Position numbers and translations under genes: made by a program. Source: an uncultured virus (IMG/VR IMGVR_UViG_3300011440_000022) (Duplodnaviria > Heunggongvirae > Uroviricota > Caudoviricetes). Taken from it: 20,000 nt of DNA. The stretch lies in the IMG/VR virus record IMGVR_UViG_3300011440_000022. One strand, written 5' to 3'. The notes below the pieces were generated by a model. It did not search any database and was not told the DNA's origin. It was given only the letters and a program-made list of their open reading frames with translations. Below, in pieces: positions 15,745-20,000 of the stretch (the first letter of the stretch is position 1; each line of letters begins with the position of its first letter).

Positions 15745-18437
15745 TACCGCCTCCTGACATTGAGAGCGTTAGCCAGAGCTTGGTCGTTGTCCGAGACCCG
15801 AGCATCCACCAATCGTGTGATGTCCTGATCGCCGATCTTGACCAAGAGATTGATCGCCCCGCCTTGCGATGTCGGGACGTTGGCAAAGGCTTGTGTGTTG
15901 ATCGGCGACGGAACGAAGGCTGAGGCTGTAGCCGCGAAGGGAGAACTCATGGTTGAGAGCGCAGTTGCCGAGAATGTGCCACCGCCTGGCGGTCGTGGTG
16001 TTGTAGGCCCGCCCGAGCCGGTGTTGCCGGTTGAGAATCCCAAACTTCTGAAAAGACCACCGAGCACCCCGGCCAGCGGGCCAGCATGAGCGAGAATCCC
16101 GTCCACGATGGCTTGCAACAAGTTCTTTCCCCATGACCAAACCGACCTGATAGCGCTATTCAGACCATCGACAATGTTGCCAACGAGTTCTGTTCCGAAC
16201 GCAGCCCACCCACTGATCCACCCAATGAACTTGCTCGGGAGTTCCTCAATGAAGGTCTTGGCCCAATCCCAAACCGACTGAGCGAAGTCAGCAAGTTTTC
16301 CCGGCGCTTCCTTGACCGCGTCCACGATCCACTGAACTAAAGCCCTGAGCATTTTCACGCCCTCAGTAATCAGACGGGCGATGGTCTGCCCGATCCATGT
16401 GTAGATCGTGAGCCACATGTTGCCGAGCCACTTGAGCGCCTCGGGCACCGCATCTCGCACCCACGTCCACAAGGCCTGGCTCGCTTTTATCATCAATTGA
16501 AGAATTCTGACCGGGAGTGAGAGCAGGAACCCGATAACGCTTCCGGCGAAGTACGCCATCTTCCCGAGGACTATCGGGACGGCATCAACGATCCACTGCC
16601 AGAGAGCAGTCGCCGCCGCAAGCAGAGCTTCGGGAATGCTCGCAATGAATTCCAGAATGGAAGTCCACACTCCCTCAATCCACTCGGGGATGCCTGCAAA
16701 GAACCCGGTAACGGCATCCCAAATATCAGAGAAGAAGTTTTGAATCGCTTCCCAAGCCTGCGCCAGCCATGCAGTGATCTTGTCCCAATTTTTCCAAATC
16801 AAAATCGCTATAGCTACCGCCGCGACCACTGCCGCGATGATTCCCGCAGCAAGAGCAAGACCGGCCCACGCCGGAGCAGTCGAGACCATGAACAACTGAA
16901 TGACCCCGCCAAGAGTTGTAATCAACCCGATCAGCGGGCCGATGACATTGCCGAGCAATCCAAGTATCCCCACCGCTGCCGCCAGCGCCCCAATGATCTG
17001 CCCCATGCCGGGAAGCTGAATGAAATCGGTGAGCGCCTCGATCAACACGATCAATACGTCAGTGAACGTCCCAAGTGCTCCTGACTCAGCCGCCTCCTGA
17101 ATCAACGTCCCGAAGGCCTCGGCCAGTTCTCGGAGACCGTCACCAAGCCCGCTACTGAAAGTGGTCAGCAAACTCTCAAGAGCCGGGAGCCAATCGGTGC
17201 GGATGCTCCGAATGAACTCGACCATGTCGCCGGTGCCCTGCTCTTCGACAAAGGCCTCTCTGAAAATATCGACAAGATCGCCCAACAAGGCATTGACCTC
17301 TTGAGCCACCGGCAATGCGTCCTCAAATATTTGCTTGAGTGTTGATTGCCCCTCGGCAGAGCGCAGGAAGTCAACCCATCCTTGGGTCTTCGATTCCAGA
17401 GTGTCGAATTGGGGAGCCACAACATCGGCGGCGACACTGAAGACCTCCCACAAAGCCTCAACGATGTTCCAGATCGAACGACCAATCTGCGTGGCCTTGT
17501 CCCACCAATCTTGAAAGGTCGTACCGAGTGCACCGGATTCCTGGCTGGTCTCGATGAAGAACGCGAAATTCGCCGCTGCTCTACGGATAGCATCAGCGAA
17601 TTGCACCGCAATCGGCATCGCCGCTTGCAGGAAGGGAAGCAAGGCTCTGACCAAGCTCTGAACGGCGTCAAGCAGAAACTCAAAGACAACCGAAGCTCCC
17701 TCAAATATTTCGACCCATCTTCCCGTTGACTCAGTAGAGGTCAGGAATTCAGAAAGCCCGAGAACGAACTCCCCGAAGATGGTTCCGACCTCTTGACCGA
17801 AAACGGTGAATTCATCCCGCAGATCGCCCATGTTGACGATGGCTTGGTCGAGTGCCGGGAGGAAGGTGGCTTGCACCGCTCCCCCGACTTCCATCCAGAG
17901 TTCCTTTTGCCCTTCGACTGACTCTTTGAAATTCTCCATCTCTTCGGTCTGAGCCTTGAATGCCAGAACGAGTGGAATCGCCGCCAGGCCCACCGCTGCG
18001 AACATGCCGCCAAGAGCGACACCGGCACCAGCGGCGGCTTGGACAACGAAGCCAAGCTGCCCAACCAAGGTGAGCACGTAGGAAGAGGCAAGCTGGATTA
18101 CTCCCCCGAGTGCCGGGATTCCGAGAATCCCCATCCATGCCTGGCTCGGAAGTTTGAAACTCTTGATCCCATCGAGCACCTTGAAGATGCCCTTGCCCTT
18201 CTTGTTGTCCTTGTCCCAATTCTTTTTGAAATTCTCACGCATCGACCGAGCGAGTGATTTGCCTCCTTCTTCGCCTCCCGACTCGCCAGCCCGCTTCGCC
18301 GCATCAGACACGTTCCTTTCAAGGACATCGGTATCAGTCCCGGCCATCCCCTTTTTGAGACCGTCTTGAATGTCACCGGCCAACCCGGTCGTGACCCCAC
18401 GGATACGGACGTAGGCAGTCCCGACAATGTCAGGCAT
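15744..18437 (-). CDS. Tape measure protein
   Basis: 897 aa, Ala/Gly/Leu-rich, periodic W/F repeats, hydrophobic segments followed by WKNWDKI, N-terminal IVGTAYVRI; directly after the frameshifted chaperone. Confidence 0.92.
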   Translation of the reverse strand: MPDIVGTAYVRIRGVTTGLAGDIQDGLKKGMAGTDTDVLERNVSDAAKRAGESGGEEGGKSLARSMRENFKKNWDKDNKKGKGIFKVLDGIKSFKLPSQAWMGILGIPALGGVIQLASSYVLTLVGQLGFVVQAAAGAGVALGGMFAAVGLAAIPLVLAFKAQTEEMENFKESVEGQKELWMEVGGAVQATFLPALDQAIVNMGDLRDEFTVFGQEVGTIFGEFVLGLSEFLTSTESTGRWVEIFEGASVVFEFLLDAVQSLVRALLPFLQAAMPIAVQFADAIRRAAANFAFFIETSQESGALGTTFQDWWDKATQIGRSIWNIVEALWEVFSVAADVVAPQFDTLESKTQGWVDFLRSAEGQSTLKQIFEDALPVAQEVNALLGDLVDIFREAFVEEQGTGDMVEFIRSIRTDWLPALESLLTTFSSGLGDGLRELAEAFGTLIQEAAESGALGTFTDVLIVLIEALTDFIQLPGMGQIIGALAAAVGILGLLGNVIGPLIGLITTLGGVIQLFMVSTAPAWAGLALAAGIIAAVVAAVAIAILIWKNWDKITAWLAQAWEAIQNFFSDIWDAVTGFFAGIPEWIEGVWTSILEFIASIPEALLAAATALWQWIVDAVPIVLGKMAYFAGSVIGFLLSLPVRILQLMIKASQALWTWVRDAVPEALKWLGNMWLTIYTWIGQTIARLITEGVKMLRALVQWIVDAVKEAPGKLADFAQSVWDWAKTFIEELPSKFIGWISGWAAFGTELVGNIVDGLNSAIRSVWSWGKNLLQAIVDGILAHAGPLAGVLGGLFRSLGFSTGNTGSGGPTTPRPPGGGTFSATALSTMSSPFAATASAFVPSPINTQAFANVPTSQGGAINLLVKIGDQDITRLVDARVSDNDQALANALNVRRR

Positions 18438-18452
18438 TTTGAAAACCGGGTT

Positions 18453-18767
18453 TTAGAAGCCGGGCGGTATCGCCGAGGTGTCGAACCCGAAGGGATCGTC
18501 GGCAGGCCCAAACCGGCGGGCAATGGAAGGAAGCCCGGTGTCGTCCTCGAAGTCGAGACCGGCGAAGGTGTCCTCCAACTTCTCCATCGCCTCGGCCTCT
18601 TCCTTGGTGCGCCTGGTGAGTTCGGACAGAATGAAGTAGCCGTACTCGTAGAGAAGATGAACCGGCTGGTCTCGCAAGTCCCGACCGGTGGCGGCGAAGA
18701 ACCTCCCGCTCGCCCCGGCCCAATTCAAAATCAGGAAGCCAAAGACTGCTCTTGTGACGCTGATGCT
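18453..18767 (-). CDS. Tail assembly chaperone, -1 frameshift extension (gpGT-like; fusion about 210 aa)
   Basis: The -1 frame is open from the GGGAAAA site (18773-18767): SISVTRAVFGFLILNWAGASGRFF... to TAA at 18453, just before the tape measure start. Confidence 0.8.
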   Translation of the reverse strand, partial: SISVTRAVFGFLILNWAGASGRFFAATGRDLRDQPVHLLYEYGYFILSELTRRTKEEAEAMEKLEDTFAGLDFEDDTGLPSIARRFGPADDPFGFDTSAIPPGF

Positions 18768-19084
18768 TTTCCCGAGAAGGACTCCGCAAAGAACCCGGCA
18801 ATCTCGCTGAGAAGCTCAAGCGTGATGCCGTTGTTCTCGTCGTCCACGAAAGCCTTGAACTCATCCCAACTCTCATCGGCTATGGACAGCTTGAGCATCC
18901 TGTTCACTGCCTTCGCCAGAGTTCCAGGGTCGTCGGTGTCAATCTCAGAGAGGAAATCGAGAATCACCGAACCGGCGATTGTCTCCCGCCCTTGGACTTC
19001 TATCGACCGTGTGCCATCCGGTGACTGCAACTCAATGACTTGAGCCTCGGTTGGCGTGTATCCCTTGAACGTCTTGCGGGCCAT
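18731..19084 (-). CDS. Tail assembly chaperone (gpG-like)
   Basis: 117 aa, upstream of the tape measure, with slippery G GGA AAA 11 codons before the stop; GGGAG upstream. Confidence 0.85.
   Translation of the reverse strand: MARKTFKGYTPTEAQVIELQSPDGTRSIEVQGRETIAGSVILDFLSEIDTDDPGTLAKAVNRMLKLSIADESWDEFKAFVDDENNGITLELLSEIAGFFAESFSGKASASQEQSLAS
18767..18773 (-). promoter_or_regulatory. -1 programmed ribosomal frameshift heptamer GGGAAAA
   Basis: TCG GGA AAA GCA fits the X XXY YYZ phase; the -1 frame is open for 104 codons. Confidence 0.85.
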
Positions 19085-19158
19085 GTCTAGCGCTCCCTAG
19101 CTGTCTGCGGTCTGTCGAGCGGTCTGAGTCGGTCTAGTGGCCGGAACCGTAGCACGCG

Positions 19159-19189
19159 ACGAAGCCCCCCGAGTGGCGGGGGGCTTCGT
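19159..19189 (-). terminator. Intrinsic terminator-like hairpin
   Basis: Perfect 13-bp stem ACGAAGCCCCCCG / CGGGGGGCTTCGT with a 5-nt loop, after the small-ORF cassette. Lacks a clear U-tract. Confidence 0.75.
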
Positions 19190-19236
19190 ATGCTCCGTGC
19201 AGAGAGAAGAGGACGTGACCCTCTGCTTGTCAGAGA

Positions 19237-19389
19237 CTAGCTATCGACTTCATCCTCATCGATGTGCATTTCGCACGTTGTCTCGGGATCGCATTTGCAT
19301 CCGTAGATCAGTGTCCAGGGATTACGACCGAGCAACTCGTCAAGGGGTAAGAGAATGAACGGCTCGGGATAGACATAGGGCTTGCTCAC
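19237..19389 (-). CDS. Hypothetical 50-aa protein with CxC..CxxH motif
   Basis: GTGA overlap with the upstream stop; MSKPYVYPEPFILLPLDELLGRNPWTLIYGCKCDPETTCEMHIDEDEVDS*. Not in the ORF track. Confidence 0.55.
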   Translation of the reverse strand: MSKPYVYPEPFILLPLDELLGRNPWTLIYGCKCDPETTCEMHIDEDEVDS

Positions 19390-19604
19390 CGCCTGGCGTC
19401 CTTGATCTTGACGGCGGCAGACCTCACGGCCTTGTTGTTCCGACGAACCGTCCTGGCCCTCGACACGTCGAGAGCAGTCGCGCCTGGCTTCTCGCCCGAA
19501 GTGATCTGCTTCCGATTCCAGAGGTATTCCCGCTCCAAGCCCTGCTTGATGGCAGTCAACTCAGCGCTGGTCAATTTGAGGGTGTATGTCTTTTCATCGG
19601 TCAT
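19386..19604 (-). CDS. Hypothetical 72-aa basic protein
   Basis: ATG 19604 preceded by GAAAGGTGG; MTDEKTYTLKLTSAELTAIKQGLE...KIKDARR. Confidence 0.65.
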   Translation of the reverse strand: MTDEKTYTLKLTSAELTAIKQGLEREYLWNRKQITSGEKPGATALDVSRARTVRRNNKAVRSAAVKIKDARR

Positions 19605-19606
19605 GG

Positions 19607-19756
19607 TTATGCACCACCTTTCACATCGAAGTCGTGGTTTTCCACGACGCATATCAGTTGCTCGTTGTAAGGCTGGAACTCGTAGCTCTCGCCCATCCAC
19701 ACACCGAAGGCTTCTCCGGTGTACCCACAGTCATTGCACTCGATCCAGAGCCACAT
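19607..19756 (-). CDS. Hypothetical 49-aa protein with CxxC..CxxxxH motif
   Basis: TGATG overlap with the upstream gene; MWLWIECNDCGYTGEAF...LICVVENHDFDVKGGA. Confidence 0.6.
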   Translation of the reverse strand: MWLWIECNDCGYTGEAFGVWMGESYEFQPYNEQLICVVENHDFDVKGGA

Positions 19757-19938
19757 CAGGCGACTTCCCTCACCAGCCGCGGAACCTTGGTTCCGCAAGG
19801 CCAGTCAGCGATGGCAGTTGGTCGGGAGTCGCAATTGACGCACCGCATCCAATCCCAATCGAAGATGTGAGTTTCCCGGTTCTTCGCCGCTTCCTCTGGC
19901 GTACCAGGGAAGGGAGCCGGAACGTTGAGTGTTGCCAT
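19756..19938 (-). CDS. Hypothetical 60-aa protein with H..CxxC..C motif
   Basis: ATG 19938 preceded by GAAAGGAA, just downstream of the promoter; THIFDWDWMRCVNCDSRPTAIADWPCG. Confidence 0.65.
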   Translation of the reverse strand: MATLNVPAPFPGTPEEAAKNRETHIFDWDWMRCVNCDSRPTAIADWPCGTKVPRLVREVA

Positions 19939-19964
19939 GTGGGTTCCTTTCTCTTGACTCACAA

Positions 19965-19992
19965 ATTATACATCGGTATAAATCTATTGCAA
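19965..19992 (-). promoter_or_regulatory. Sigma70/SigA-type promoter with an overlapping palindrome
   Basis: TTGCAA (19992-19987), 16-nt spacer, perfect TATAAT (19970-19965), in an AT-rich patch. Inverted repeat TTATAC-N4-GTATAA at 19966-19981 overlaps the -10. Confidence 0.8.
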
Positions 19993-20000
19993 GTTGAGAG

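Noticed and set aside
18430..18876. 148-aa ORF as the chaperone frameshift partner
   Set aside because: Wrong frame for a -1 slip at GGGAAAA, Arg-rich shadow composition, and it overlaps the tape measure start.

Overview
A GC-rich (about 60% by eye) siphovirus-type phage or prophage morphogenesis region, encoded entirely on the minus strand and probably infecting an actinobacterium (inference). Read right to left: (1) a self-contained cassette with a strong sigma70-type promoter, four tiny ORFs (three Cys/His-rich) and a hairpin terminator; (2) a tail assembly chaperone with a -1 frameshift (GGGAAAA), tape measure, a LamG/FN3 protein, Dit-like and hub-like minor tail proteins, a collagen-like tail fibre and a second collar-domain fibre; (3) two small ORFs, including a 29-aa membrane peptide; (4) a probable minor HK97-type (pentamer-like) capsid protein and the portal; (5) two large multidomain proteins coupled to the portal. 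One of these (704 aa) ends in a ParB/Srx-like domain. The other (at least 892 aa) is missing from the supplied ORF track, runs off the left edge and carries a HipA/PI3-4K-like kinase domain. Both share an N-terminal WNPDLHPRGxDGxFIE plus SH3-like module with a 21-bp exact DNA repeat, suggesting a tagged, head-packaged, swappable effector array. Two tail domains also appear split across adjacent genes, suggesting docking by domain complementation. All family calls are from motif recognition by eye; no database searches were run.
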